From the human T2T-CHM13v2.0 reference genome, Homo sapiens, in NCBI RefSeq assembly GCF_009914755.1, contig NC_060935.1: a stretch of 64,000 bases of DNA, one strand, 5' to 3'. Positions 25,446-38,792 of the stretch are shown piece by piece; positions within the stretch are counted from its first letter, which is position 1; every line of letters starts with the position of its first letter. Under the pieces are notes generated by a model. That model did not search any database, was not told the DNA's origin, and saw only the letters and a program-made list of their open reading frames with translations. The position numbers and the translations under genes were made by a program.

Positions 25446-26892
25446 TTGATCACATGATCACCAGATGGCTGCCCCAGAGCCAAATGTCGCTTCCTGAGCA
25501 CCATACTCAAAGGCAGGGGAAGTGGATGGAGGGCAGGAGCTCCATTCTTGTTTGCCACTCTCCTTTTGTCAATTGGGAAAAAATTCCAGAAACTCTGGGA
25601 GCCCTCCCCTTACATTTCCTGGGTCATGGGGCCAGCCCTAGCTGCTGGAGGGACTGAGAACAGCTGTTGAGCAGTTTACCTGACGGCATCTGCCATGGCT
25701 TGGCAGGAACTCTGGCTTTGGGAGAGAGCAGCAGCAAGGTATTCAAGCACCACCTCCACCCAGCCCCTCCCACATTTCACTCAGGACTGAGTAAAGGAGA
25801 CACTCAGATGCTACTCAGATGCTGGCTTCAGCTAAGTATTTTGCAAAGCCTCTCGTGTTCTTACAAGTTTGTGGCTATCATGACAAAATGGAGCAGCCTA
25901 CTATATCTACATATACAACTATGGGGGACCTAGTTTTATCTCATTTACCACAATGTTTTCAATCATTTTTTGGATGACATAATTTTTAGCCTCTTCTCTA
26001 AATGCTTCCTCAAGCTTTCCTTGCCTTCCAGCCACTGCAAATGACTTGCAGTTTCCCCTACATGGCACCTGACCCTTGTGCCTCCCTCCCTCTGCCCATG
26101 GCCCAGAAAGCCCTTTCCTGTGCCCTCTGGCTTCCTGATAAACTCCTATCATCTTCAAGAGCCAGTTCCCATGCCAGCTCTCCCCAAGTGCTCCACTGAG
26201 GCTTCCGTAACACCTCTGTTTCCACATCGGGTTGACTGTCTTTGTTTTGTCATTGCTTGCTCTGGCTGTGTCTCCCTCATTAGACTGGGATGCCTTCAAG
26301 GTAGGGACCCTATCTGGGTCAGCTTGGCACCCCAAAGCGTACCACAGCACCTGATTCTGAGGAGGCTCTCAGTAGATATCTGTTGAGTAACCAGAATGTA
26401 GGGTGGTCCTGATGGTTTCTGACATTGAATAGAAAACAGCTCCCTATTTGATCTTAAAATAATCACTATAACCTGGACATACTGTACTAGATGCTGTTTT
26501 TGTCTGACTTCTACTCTGTCAATCTCTTTGCACCTCCATTTGTTCATCTGTGAAATGAAGAAAATGCTCATGGAGTTCAGTGAAGATTAAATGAATGAAT
26601 ATAGGTAGACTGCCTAATCTGGCACTTGCCACGCAGCTGACTTCAATATAGTAGCTCTAATATTATGGTCCTTGAGGATCTTACTGTCTTATGGCCCAGA
26701 ACTGCATTTGATTAAAGAAGGCTCCCCTAAAAAAAGAGTCATACATATTCCATTTGTCCTTTCAGAAGGCCGTGAAGCATTTACACTCTTTAAGACAAAT
26801 TCCCATCCAAAAATAGTTAAGATTTCTAAAATATTTTGATGCTGAAAGAGGTGTGCTTCAGTTGGGTGGCAAATTTGCTTCTATGGAAGATT

Positions 26893-26949
26893 TTTAATAC
26901 AGGTTGTTTCTATTTTACTTTTTCTGGCTGAAAGGATTTTACATTTATT
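26893..26949 (-). terminator. DKK3 poly(A) signals (AATAAA at 26944-26949; ATTAAA at 26893-26898)
   Basis: tttatt and tttaat on the + strand about 1.4 kb beyond the DKK3 stop. Confidence 0.7.
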
Positions 26950-27589
26950 CAAAGTCAAAAGGGAAAAGAAATCCAAGAACTACAGAAGAGCAGTTGAAGT
27001 GATTTATGCTTGATTTCTAAATGCAACTTATGTTTATACATAATTTAAAACTCAAAGAAAGCATGCTTATACAATCATGTGCAACTTTAAACTTTAAGAA
27101 CTCTGGATGAATACATGGTGGCAACAGTCCATGACACCTGAAAACATCATTTGTGGAGTGGCGTAGAGTTCAGTGTTCGCAGTCGCATAATACAACCATG
27201 TTTCACACAGCCCTGCTCGGTTTGATTTTCTCCACGTGGTTGATAATTGTCTTCAGTTGCTGCTAAGTGATTTTGCAAATTTCATTTATAATCCTCGCCC
27301 TACAATTACCTAAGTACTGTTTCTGCAGGTTAACCTGTATGCTACGCTCAGTCATATACCTTTCAAAGTTACTAATGCAACTGCCAAAGAGGGACAGTGT
27401 CAATATCATTGTCTTCATTAGAAGGACGGCTGCCCCACACTGTGAGAACACTGCTGTTCCTAACAGTAGTTTACTTTTAGAGGGATGTGAGAATTAGTTT
27501 GACCTTAATTCCAGATGTGCATGCCTCAAAAGAAAAATCCCATTCTCCTTCCTTTTGGGGAGCACTTTTGGTGGCACCAAGGCTGGTGT

Positions 27590-27700
27590 GGGGTAGTGGA
27601 GAGAGCACTGAGCTTAGAGTCACAACCAGATGAAACTGCTCTGGTCTTCACTAGCTGTGTGACTTGGGCAAGCAGCTTGCAGTCTCTGAGCCTCTGAGAT
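27590..27700. mobile_element. MIR relic in the DKK3 3'UTR
   Basis: gtagtggagagagcactgagcttagagtca...ctagctgtgtgacttgggcaagc...tctctgagcctc. Confidence 0.65.
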
Positions 27701-28346
27701 CCCTGATGGACGAGGAGAACAATGACCCCCTCCCCAGGCTGTGCTGAGAGAGGGAATTGATCTTGGATATGAAAATGCTGCCCTGGCACAGAGGTAGGAG
27801 CTGAGCAACACTGCTGGATGAATAAACACATGTAATGCAGGGTGAACAGAACATTTCATCTGCAACAGCTGAAGGCACAGCTTACCTATGCCCATGGAAA
27901 GAACTGCGTGGAAAATTCATTTGTTGCATTTTTGCCAGGTTGATGTTTGCAAAGCAGGGCACTCTTCTCCACATTTCCCCAAAACCAATCAGAGGGAGAC
28001 TCCACATTGTTTCCATCTCCTCCCCTCAAACAATTATCAAAGCCATGTAGAACAAACGGCTGTCTGCCAACTGGTAGAGGCAAAGCAGCCAATAATCTGG
28101 ACAGGGGTGGCAAACTGCTCCTGCAGTTTAACCCTGCCTGACTCTCCCAAGCACCAGACTGTGAAGCCTGGAGAACAGCCTGGGGGAGCTGAACAAATGC
28201 ACAACACCTCATGCTGTCAAGCCAGAGGGGAAACTTACTGGGAAGAAGATGTAGGAAGAAGCCTGGTCAGCCCACGCCTAAAGCACACACCTGGGGAAAT
28301 AAATTAGCTATTTCTATTGCACATCTACCCACAGCCTGGTCCAGAT

Positions 28347-28569
28347 CTAAATCTCTTCCCCTCCCAGCAGTGCAGCGGCGGCAGCCGCAGGCTCCCCCAG
28401 CGCCATCTCTTCAGTCAGGCTCCTCTCCAGGTCCTCCAGCTCCTGGCGCACCTCCTCCATGAAGCTGCCAACTTCATACTCATCGGGGACCTCTCTGGGC
28501 AGCAGGATCTCCCCATCTTGGTCACGGCTCCCCACGAAGGTCGGCTTGCACACATACACCAGGCTGTGG
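28347..28569 (-). CDS. DKK3: DKK3 last coding exon ([21 protein letters not shown]...[13 protein letters not shown])
   Basis: tctctccccag| acceptor at 28569; TAG at 28347-28349; 223 nt; recognisable DKK3 C-terminus. Confidence 0.96.
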
Positions 28570-28991
28570 CTGGGGAGAGATGGGACAAAGCCAGGCTCTA
28601 AACGTGGGAGCCTGCCCAGGCCGAAAGCTAAGGCGCCCTGACTCTGTGGGGCTCCCAGCCTCACCTTCATGCCCCCTCCTCTCCTGTCTCTTCAACAGAG
28701 ACACTTCACTTCCCGTCAACATCTATCTTAAAATGATGGCTGAGGGAGGCTCACTTTGGGAGAATGTGCTGGTGGGGGGCAGCTTCCCCTCCTCCAGCGC
28801 AGGCCTGACCTCCTGTGACTCTCAGGCCCCGCAGCCCAGGGGCAGGACCTGAGTGCTATGTAGCAGCACCACAGCCCCTCAAAGACTGTGGCCCATTCGG
28901 GCCTCCAGGCAGGAGTCAGCCTGACTCTGGGGTGTAGTCTAGCCACATGCAGGGAGCCATGGACCTCTGTGGGAATAGGGAGGAAGAATTC

Positions 28992-29199
<208 letters not shown>

Positions 29200-29691
29200 T
29201 GAGTAGAGGCTGCGGGGAGGACAGGGAGATGTGCCCTGAGAAGCTGGCCAGGCTTGAGCCTCGTGCCTCATGGAGTCTCAGCAGCCTCAGACAGTGTGGG
29301 CTGCACCCTCCACCTTGGTGGCCACTCCTGGCCTCCCCGTGGCCTCTCTGCCAGCTCCTTTTTCTCTGCTTATCTGTCATTGTGACAGGTCTGGGGAGGG
29401 AGCCCAGGCTTTTCTCCCTCCATGTCCTCTCCATGGACCATCCACTCATGAAGCTTCAGCCACCAGCTAGATGAGCCCCAGATCTGTGCCTCCTGGGCAG
29501 CCTGGGCTCCAGACCCCTAGAACCGACTGCTGATTGGACCCTTCCATCTGCATGACCCAACGACCTCTCAAACCAATCCTAAAGGGAATCTACACCTCCC
29601 CCAGGGAAAACCTGCTCCTGCTCCTACGCCCCTGCTGGATGGCACCTCCTCAGCCCTTGGCTCCCTGAGAGTGAGGGTTAGGGGGCCTCAC

Positions 29692-29848
29692 CTGTGGGGC
29701 TGGCAGAGGAGGCCACTGGCACAAGGGCATCGGTCCAAGGCTCCATCAGGCTCTAGCTCCCAGGTGATGAGGTCCAGAAGCCGGCTGGCGGGGTCATGGC
29801 AAAGCTCGCCCTCCACGGGCAGGGGTGTGCACACAGGGAACAGCAGGC
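29692..29848 (-). CDS. DKK3: DKK3 coding exon ([20 protein letters not shown]...LLCQPH), second Cys-rich domain
   Basis: ttccag|29848, CAG|gtgag at 29692; 157 nt. Confidence 0.96.
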
Positions 29849-30836
29849 CTGGAACCAGCCCAGAGTCACCCCTGTGTGCCCCGTGTAGGGTAGAAGGGCT
29901 CCAAAGGGAGGGGCAAAGAAATGGAGCATAACCTCCCACCTCCCACCCTCAACCCCAAAGTGCAGGCTAGTTTTGAAGATACGGAATGACAGGAAACAAG
30001 AATAGCAGCCTGGGCTCAGGAGGGAATGATTGGTAGGGCTGAAGCAGGGAGGACTGCCTGGAAGAGGTGGGCTTCTGCTGGATTTTGAGGGCCAGAAAGT
30101 CTGGAGAAATTAAGAGGGAGGCAAAGGCATTCAGGCACAGGGACAGCACCAGCAAAGGCCTGGGGTTGAGCTCAGTGGAAAATGTCAGGGCCGGTGAAAT
30201 TCCCAAATAGGCCAAGAAGTAGTGGAGAGAAAAGGAGGGCAAGTAAGTTGGAGCTGCATGAGGCCTCACAAGACAGCCTAAGGAGTCTGAACATCGTGGG
30301 AGACAACAGGAGCTGCTGCAGGTCCCAGGGGAGCAACACCCAAAAAGCAGCCCTTTAGGAAGATCACGGAGGCGGCAGGTACAGGGAGGACTAGTGGGCT
30401 GGGGATGCAGAGCTGGGGAGGCGGCAAATGAGAATTTTTCAAAACCCTAGTGGGGGCGGAGAGAGCCTGAGCAGACCTCACCTGGGAGAGGCAGGACGGA
30501 AGATGGGAGTGGAAGCGGGTGATTCACAGGTAGAGGAACCTGGGAAATAAGGAGTGGTGGGAGGGAGGGGGCTGCTAGTCCCACCCCATTCCAGACTGGG
30601 CTTTTGCATCCTGAAGTCATTTAACTTTTCTGAGCATCAACACGGGAAAAAAAAGAGGTGGTCTTCCCACTCCGGGCAGAGGCTGTGGGAGTGCAGCACA
30701 CACTGATGAGCATTTGGGAGCCTATCCAAGAGGTGGGACGCGAAACCATGTGGTTGGCATGGACGTGGCTCCAGGAGGTCCAGTGTGGTGGAGCTTGGGA
30801 CAGGGTTTTTCCTGCATCTGAGGGGAGGCCACTCAC

Positions 30837-30981
30837 CTCTCTGGAAGGCACAGCACAGCCCCGGCTGGCAGTCCCTCTGGTTGTCACAGATGGTCCCATT
30901 GCTGCCCCTGGTGGCCATTTTGGTGCAGTGACCCCAGACACACAGCTGGTCTCCACAGCACTCACTGTCCCGGGTGCAGAG
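30837..30981 (-). CDS. DKK3: DKK3 coding exon ([48 protein letters not shown])
   Basis: ctgcag|30981, GAG|gtgagt at 30837; 145 nt. Confidence 0.96.
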
Positions 30982-31913
30982 CTGCAGACAGGTGGAAAGA
31001 GCCTAGAGCCAGCGGCTTAGGGACTGGGGGCCTGCTGAGAGCCCAGCCTGAAGATACCACAGATAGGCCAACCTGCATCCTCCCATTGTAGAGACAGGCA
31101 GACCAGGCTGAGATTTCAGTGAAAGTCAGTGGGACAGAGGTGGGAGCTTGGCTGGCGAGACATGGGGGTCAGAATGCTGGAAAAATGGCACCGGGAGGAC
31201 TCATGGATCTGAGTCTTTCTCCACAGCTTAAGATTTTGCAAAGAACAGCAGGGGGTCTTTGTGGTCCCCACAGACTTGTGCTGTTCCCTTTTTCCTTAGG
31301 TCCCTAGGTCCAGGCCCAAAGAGGCAAGGCCCAATGATGAGCCGATTAAACTAAGGCCCAAGCCAGCCCAAGATGAGGATGGCCTGTGGGTGCCAGGGTC
31401 CTGCAGCCACACAGGGCATGGCAGTTAGAGAGCAAAGTGAGGTCCCCACGGCTGTGCCCAGTGACGGTACCGAGTGGGGTTGGCTGGGAGGTGCAACAGC
31501 AGTGGCCTCACCACAGACAGTCGGGTAAGGTAATAAGAACTGCTTGACTTTCCAAGCTTATTAGCATGCTGTGTTATTGTCTGAATAAGGAAAAATGACT
31601 ATGAAAAGTCTGTGAGTCCATGTGGCTTCGTCCAAAATGCCTGTTGGGTGAAGAGTCTCCTTTGCCCTGGCTCCACATTTCCCAATCTAACCTGCACTGG
31701 GGCAGTGCCCTGGCCTCTTCTTGCCCTGTCCCTCTGCCCTCTCTTATTGGCAGATTGGAGAAAGATCTGGTGGGTGGGGTGCAGGTCCAGAAGGAGAGCA
31801 GCTGCCGCTCTCCCTGCCTGGGGGCTGCCGGAATGTCTCTGTTTGTCTATTAGGATGGGTCATCCCCAGGGGAAGCAACAGGTGTAGGGACACCTCCTCT
31901 CCCTTCCCTCCCC

Positions 31914-31998
31914 TTCTCGAACTCCCGGCCTCAATAGATCCTTCTGCCTTGGTCTCCCCAAAGTGCTGGGATTACAGGTGTAGCCACGGTGCCTGGCC
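31914..31998 (-). mobile_element. Alu 5' fragment
   Basis: ctcgaactcccggcctcaa...aaagtgctgggattacaggtgtagccacggtgcctggcc. Confidence 0.8.
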
Positions 31999-32277
31999 GT
32001 CCCTCCCCTTCTCTACCATCAATGACACAAACAACATGACCAGAGGACATGGGGTGGATGGGAGTGGCCCTGGGTCTGCAGATGGCTTCCTGTCATCCCA
32101 AACTGGAATGAGTTCCTTGTCCTCCAGGAGTCAGCCCTCTGGGGAGCCCTCTTGGGTCCTCCCCATCATGGTGAGGCTCTTCTGGGAAGCCCAGCTGAGA
32201 ACGCTGGGGCCCCTGGCTTTCTCCCCCAGGTGCCCGAGACCCTGGTGCCACAGCCCCAGAGGCCCTGGCATACTCAC

Positions 32278-32370
32278 CATCCTCTGGCCCCGGCATGGCT
32301 GGCAGGTGTACTGGAAGCTGGCAAACTGGCAGTACATGCTGGGCCCACAGTCCTCGTCGATGATGCACTC
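32278..32370 (-). CDS. DKK3: DKK3 coding exon ([31 protein letters not shown]), first Cys-rich domain
   Basis: ttccccag|32370, ATG|gtgagt at 32278; 93 nt. Confidence 0.96.
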
Positions 32371-34358
32371 CTGGGGAAGGGCACAGGGAGCAGATGTGTC
32401 AATGGAGAGCAGAGCAGCAGGCCCACAGTGCCCAGGAAGGGCCAGGCCCGCTTCCATTCCCCATTCTTGACCCCACAGGCTCAGCAGGGTCAGGAAAGGC
32501 CTCCAGACTCTAGTCGCTCCTGATCCCTGCCTGGCTGCACTGCCCTTCAGCATCTCCATGCCTAGGAGGCTTGGCAGCCCAGAGCCTGGAGGATCCCACA
32601 CCAAATTCACACAATCGCCATCTGTGCACAGTTCTCCCCCACCCACACCCAGGGCGGGAGCACAGGGACTCAGGGCTGGTCTTCCACACAGAACATATGG
32701 ATTTAATAAAAAGTGCTAATGAGGTCCAGGCCCACCCGACTGCACAGGAAAGGCTGGAAGACAGGCCCCAAGGGCTCTGCTGACTGTGAAGACTGGGAGG
32801 CAGCAGAGGGGGCATCGCTAGGGACCCTGCCAGAAAGCCACAGCCCTGCCCACAGAGAGCGCCCTCAGGGTCCTGGGTCTAGGGTCCCTGCAAGAGGGAA
32901 AGGCAGCTGCCAGCTTGGAAATGAATTAGAGGAGGGTGGCTGGACTCCAGCCCTCCCAGCCCAGGTGCTGTCTCCTCATGGCTGCCAGCTCTGCCTGGCT
33001 GGAGAAACAGGGAGAGAAGGAGTGAGGGGAATCTGTCCACCCCAAGGCCTGAGTCACAGAACAGGGAGCCATGGCCGAGGGCACTGTGACCTGCCATGGT
33101 CGCCGGTCACTGGCAGAAGCAGGGCTGCTTCAGCTCCTGGACCTGCTGTCAGGCTCAGGCCTACGAACCGGCAGCTTTACAGCAGGGGAAGGAGGGCAGG
33201 GGAGGAGGGAACATGATGACAGGAATGGCCATTGATCGCCCTTTTGAGGTATCAGGCTTGACGGCCCTGATCTTGTTCAGTGACTCCTCCCAGCAGGAGG
33301 CAGGTAGGGACTGCCTTCTCTATATTGCCAGCCGGGAAATGGAGGCAGAGAGGTCCCTCCAAGATAATGTGACTAGTTCAGGGTGGAGGGTCTCTTTCCA
33401 CCACCAGCCCTTGAGCCAAGGGGGTTCAGGGCTCCACATGTAGCAGCCAGTGGTGAGAAGGACCCTCCTGAGGCCTGGTATTCTGGGGCCCAGCAGACCT
33501 TCTGGAAGGGTCTTGAGGAAGGGAAGGACCGGCTCTCCCCTCTGACCCAGAGCATCCTCCCATCCTGAATGCAGGTGTGGAGCCCCACCTGGAAGAGCCT
33601 GGCCGGGCAGGCCTGGACCTCCGGCAGCTGCCTCCAGTCCCCTTCCAGGGGCTCTGCTGCTCTGATCAACACTGCAAGTGCTGGCGGCCCAGCAACCAGG
33701 GTGCTCCCTTGCCAAGCATTGATGCTTTTGTTTCAGTTACTTTCCCAGCACCCCTTAAATGTCAGGCATGATACCATCGCTGTTTTTACGGATAAGAAAA
33801 CCGAGGCTCCGAGTAGGGTGAACGGCCGCCCAAGTGAAGGGACTGAGTCTGAGCCAGAGCCCCAACGGCCAGAGAAGTCCCAACAGGGCTGGGAACAAAT
33901 CACAGACGCGCTTTGTCTCAGCCCAGCACACGCTCTTGTGCACAGACACAACTCAGGCTGCTCAGCCGGAAGCCTCCCGACGTTCTTTCCAAAGCAGAAT
34001 GGCAAGAAAATGGAGTGGGAGGGACGACATTTGGGAGAAAGGAAGGGCCAACAGGCACAGAATCCCTTCTCTGAACCAGCCATATTTTGAGGGACTGGGG
34101 ACACAAAGGTGAATGTGAGGAGGCCTCTGCCCTTAAGAAATTCGTAATTCAATTGGAAAAAGAGAGAGAGAAAGAGCAACCCAGTGGCAAAGGAGACAAA
34201 GGGTATGAACGGACAACTTAGAATAACAGAAATTTGCCTCTTCAAATAGAAAGGCGTTCAACCTCACCAATGAAATCAATCAAGAAATGCAACTTAAAAG
34301 AGCATAACACCATTTTTTTCACTTAGAATGGAAGAAATTAGAAAGGTTGAATGTCTCC

Positions 34359-34846
34359 ATGGTGGGTGGAATAACAGCACCCCCAAAGATGTTCACATCC
34401 TATTCCCCGGAACCTGTGGGTATGTTATATTACATAGGAAGGGGAAATTAGAGGCAGAGGGAATGCAGGTTGCTAATCAGCTGACCTGAAGGTAGGGAGC
34501 GCACTCTGGATTATCCAGGAGCACCTACCTGACGGAATCACAAGGGACTTTAAAAATGGAAAAGGGAATAGAGGAAGAGACAGTGTCAGAGTGATATCAT
34601 GCCAGGTGTCACAGACACTCCATTGGCCATCCCTGGCTTTGTAGATGGAAGGGGGGCCAGGGGCCAAGGAGCAGAATCTCTCTTAGAGCCTCCAGAGAGG
34701 AATGCAGCCCTGCCCACTCTTTGCTTTTAGCCCAGTGGGACTTGTGTTGGACTTCTGACCTCCAGAACTGGAAAACAGTAAATTTGTGTTGTTTTAATCC
34801 AGTAAATGTGTGGTAATTTGTTACAGCATCAATAGGAAACTAATAA
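34359..34846 (+). mobile_element. MaLR LTR (MLT1D-like) inserted in an old L1 fragment
   Basis: cccccaaagatgttcacatcctattccccggaacctgtg...ttgttacagcatcaataggaaactaata; flanks 34220-34350 and 34850-35220 are L1-like. Confidence 0.85.
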
Positions 34847-35639
34847 AATATTCAATGTTAGTTTCAGGAAATAGGCATTGCCAAATGCTTTGGGGTAATT
34901 AAAATTGAAGATTTTTTTTTTTTTTTTTTGCAGGCAATCCATCAGCATCTATCAAATAGTTAAATGTATATGTCCTTTGACCCAATCATTTCCCTTCCTG
35001 GTGACTACCCTCAGAAACACTTGTCCATATATGTAAATATCTGAGAACAAGTGTGTTTAAGGCTATATCGTTATATTATTTATAATCCAGAAATAACAAA
35101 AATGTCCAACCAGAGGGAACTGATTATTGTACAGTCATTTCACAGAAAAATCCCTCCATGCAGACATTAAAAAGAATGCAGTTGTTCTTTGCATAATGAT
35201 TTCTAAAACAAGCAAGGGTTAGAACCATAAACAAAAGCAGGGAAATTTTGAAACCATAAGCTTTTGTAAAGCCCTTCTGTAAAGCAGAATAATACCACAC
35301 TCATGCCTGTGCCCAGTACTGTGGCTGGAACATCATGGGTGCACAATAAATATGTGTTGAGTGGGTGAAAGCACTTGCATCTTACTGTGGCAAACAGGCC
35401 AACAAAATGCAGATCATTAGCAATGGTTTGAGAACTAGAGCAAAAAACATACATTCCATTAATTTGGCTTCTCATTCCCCCGAAAGGCCTTCGTAGACTT
35501 GCGATTTTCACTATACATTTCCTCTCCCAGATCTTTAATTAAAAATATGAGCTAAGATTCTTCTAGCATCAATTCCTATAAGACCCTGCTGTTTACAATT
35601 ATCCATCAAGACGGGTGCATTTTCATCCTTAGGAATATC

Positions 35640-35880
35640 TTCCTTTCCCTAAACAGGCTCCTATGCATGACAAAGCATATTCCCTTCAAACTTAATTGTT
35701 TTTCTAGGTACGGAAAAAAAATTTTGGCATGGAACTTTGCCAAAAACCTTTGAAAAACCTAAATATACCAAAGCTACTGGTTTCCTTTGGGGTATCAGCA
35801 AGGAGTGCTGGTAGGTTAGTTCCACATGACTCCCCTCAAGAAAGCTTGAGGCTTTTGTTATAATCGAGCCCACCAGCTTG
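35640..35880 (-). mobile_element. CR1/L3 LINE reverse-transcriptase fossil
   Basis: Translation VALVYLGFSKVFGKVP resembles the CR1 RT motif VDVIYLDFSKAFDKVP. Confidence 0.6.
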
Positions 35881-36670
35881 TCTAGTTGGATGTGCAACTG
35901 CCATTCCCAGCAGGAACACACTCTTTAAGAATTGTGGTCATACTAGAGACTTCCGGACTCCAAGGTGCACAAACTGAATCCTAGTTTTGCCACTTAACAG
36001 CTGTGAAACCTTGGGCTGCTGACTCTACCTCTATTAAAAACAAAGATGAAGGCAGGAGCTGTTTTGCAGGGCTGTTGTACAGAGTTCATGCTTGGTGAAC
36101 GGTGGCCATAGCAACAGATAGCTATGCATCTGCTCCTCCACACATCCAATGCCTGATCCCGCTATGGTGCACCCCTGCCAGGGGGCCAGTCTGTGAGCAG
36201 AAAGGAAGGTCTAAATCAACAGGGCCTTAAGGCATCCACCAAAGCTTGACATCTCTGTCCTGGTCAGCACTCGGGGATCAAACATCTAGTCCTGACTTAT
36301 CTACATCCTGAGGGTGTCAAACAGGTGGGAAGTGGCCTGTATGTCCACCCCAGGCAAGTCCTGGGGCAGAGTGACCTTTTGTTGTACAAAGGCCAGGCTC
36401 TCCATCCAGTAAAGCTGTTTGTATTGAGTCTCTCCTGAAGACCGCTAGCAGTAGGGGCTGGCCTCACCTTTCCCAGTGTTTGTTAGACCTGAGGAAGAGG
36501 TCAGGCCCTCTACCCTTAGTAGAACTGAGTGGGTGGGTGGAGAGGACATGTGTCAGTGCCCTCCAAGCACAGACAGGCCCTGAGCTGAGAAATCCAGGTT
36601 TTTTTCTTTTCCATAATTCTAATTGCTCTTAGCTGTGCTCAAGGGTTCTGTCCACATTTGAGCCAAGGTG

Positions 36671-36861
36671 TTAAAGGGGCCTCAGCACCCAACTGGGCTC
36701 TGGATGGCTGAGAAGCTGAAATCAGAAATAAGAGGCCTGGGAGGGAAGGCGGGGGCTCTGGGCTTTTTAAAGGGGCCTCAGCACCCAACTGGGCTCTGGA
36801 TGGCTGAGAAGCTGAGATCAGAAATAAGAGGCCTGGGAGGGAAGGCAGGGGCTCTGGGCTT
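36671..36861. repeat. 96-bp tandem duplication (2 mismatches)
   Basis: Copies start at 36671 and 36767; differences gaaatc/gagatc and gcgggg/gcaggg. Confidence 0.95.
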
Positions 36862-38218
36862 GGGGTCTTGTTTTAGTAAGGAATGAGTACCTTGCAGGGC
36901 CTCTATCTACCTCTTAGCCCTGGGACCAGAAGAGGGACTCCATCCTGAAGTGAAAGGCACATCAAAAAGCACTTCAAAGGCTATGCCTGCAATCCATCAC
37001 ATGCAGGCACAGAGCCCTGGCCAGATAGGACCACTAGTGCCCGCCACCTGGCACAATTTCTCTCTAGTCTCCTTGACATAGTCCTTATCCCTACTTCATA
37101 GATGTGGAAACTGAGACTTAAGGATAGAATCTGCCCAGAGGTCACCCAGCTTGACTGGACTGGAGCTGACAGACACTTTTCATTTCCTGCTGGGGAGATC
37201 ACCAGTTCTCTCTCCTCTTCTTCAGTCACAACTTAGTAGCACCTGCCCGGGACAGGGCTCTGGGCCCCATGCATCCCCAGAGACAGAAGGCAGGAACTCA
37301 CGGTCAAGGCCATAGCCACTGAGCGTCTGGGCCCAAATGTCATATGGCTGGAAGACAGCACCCTGCTGCATGGACTTCAGCAGCTCCTCTCCAGTCCTGG
37401 CCACTCCTGTTTGCCCCCACTCCTCCCTCCCATCCTGCTGGGGGAATCTGACAAACAGCCCAGAAGCTGGCCATGGGGAATGCAGTCATTCAGAGGATGG
37501 CTTCTTTGTTGTCCCGAGGAGGGAACTATATTTAGAAAGCTCAGAAGCTGGCGGGAGCGAGGGCTGACCGGGAACACAGCATAGATTTGGCAGGAATGTC
37601 AGGCTGGAAGCAGCCCCGGTGCTTTGACACTATCATGAAATAGTGGAAAATGGCAAAGGAGCCATTCAGAGTCTTTGATTTTCCAGTTTAGAGCTGATCA
37701 GAGGAGAGAGGCTCTGAGTGAGCAGAAGTCAAAACTTGGAGGAGGGAGAGGACAACAATGAGTCCCTGGAGGCTTTCCCAGAGTCTGTGTGGGGCCCGCA
37801 GAGGCACCGCTTCTTTGGGACCCTTCTGATGCTGCATCTCATTCCTCATACTGGCTGGGCACTTGGATTTCCCACACTTCTCAGGAATCCCAGACATTCT
37901 TGTTCACCGGAGGCCCAAAGGAAGAGGCTGCTGGGGATGGATGCCTCCAGGGCCAGGGCCTTCCCCAAGCTCCTCTCAAGCCCATGGCTCTGGAGAGAAC
38001 ATCTTCAGGGCAAGAAGTGAGGGTCAACTGCATGCAGAATGGAGGCCCAGGACCTCCACCAATAGGATGCACTTGTCCTCAGAGCTCTGCACACTGTGCA
38101 GGAGGAGAGGACAAGAGTGAAGTTTAGAAAGCGCCAACCAGTTGCCTGCACATCCTTCAGGCTTTAAGTATAGTATGCCTCTCGGATCCTCACAGCCACC
38201 CTTTGAGGTCAGTCACCA

Positions 38219-38792
<574 letters not shown>

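Larger units (their letters stand above)
26875..28346 (-). other. DKK3: DKK3 3'UTR (end approximate)
   Basis: Lies between the TAG and the poly(A) signals; contains a MIR relic and a miR-25/92-family 8mer. Confidence 0.75.

Noticed and set aside
31721-32470. 249-aa + strand ORF
   Set aside because: GC-rich sequence antisense to a DKK3 exon and containing an Alu fragment; no recognisable domain.
36668-36886. ORF with a 32-aa repeat
   Set aside because: By-product of the 96-bp DNA duplication, with a GTG start.
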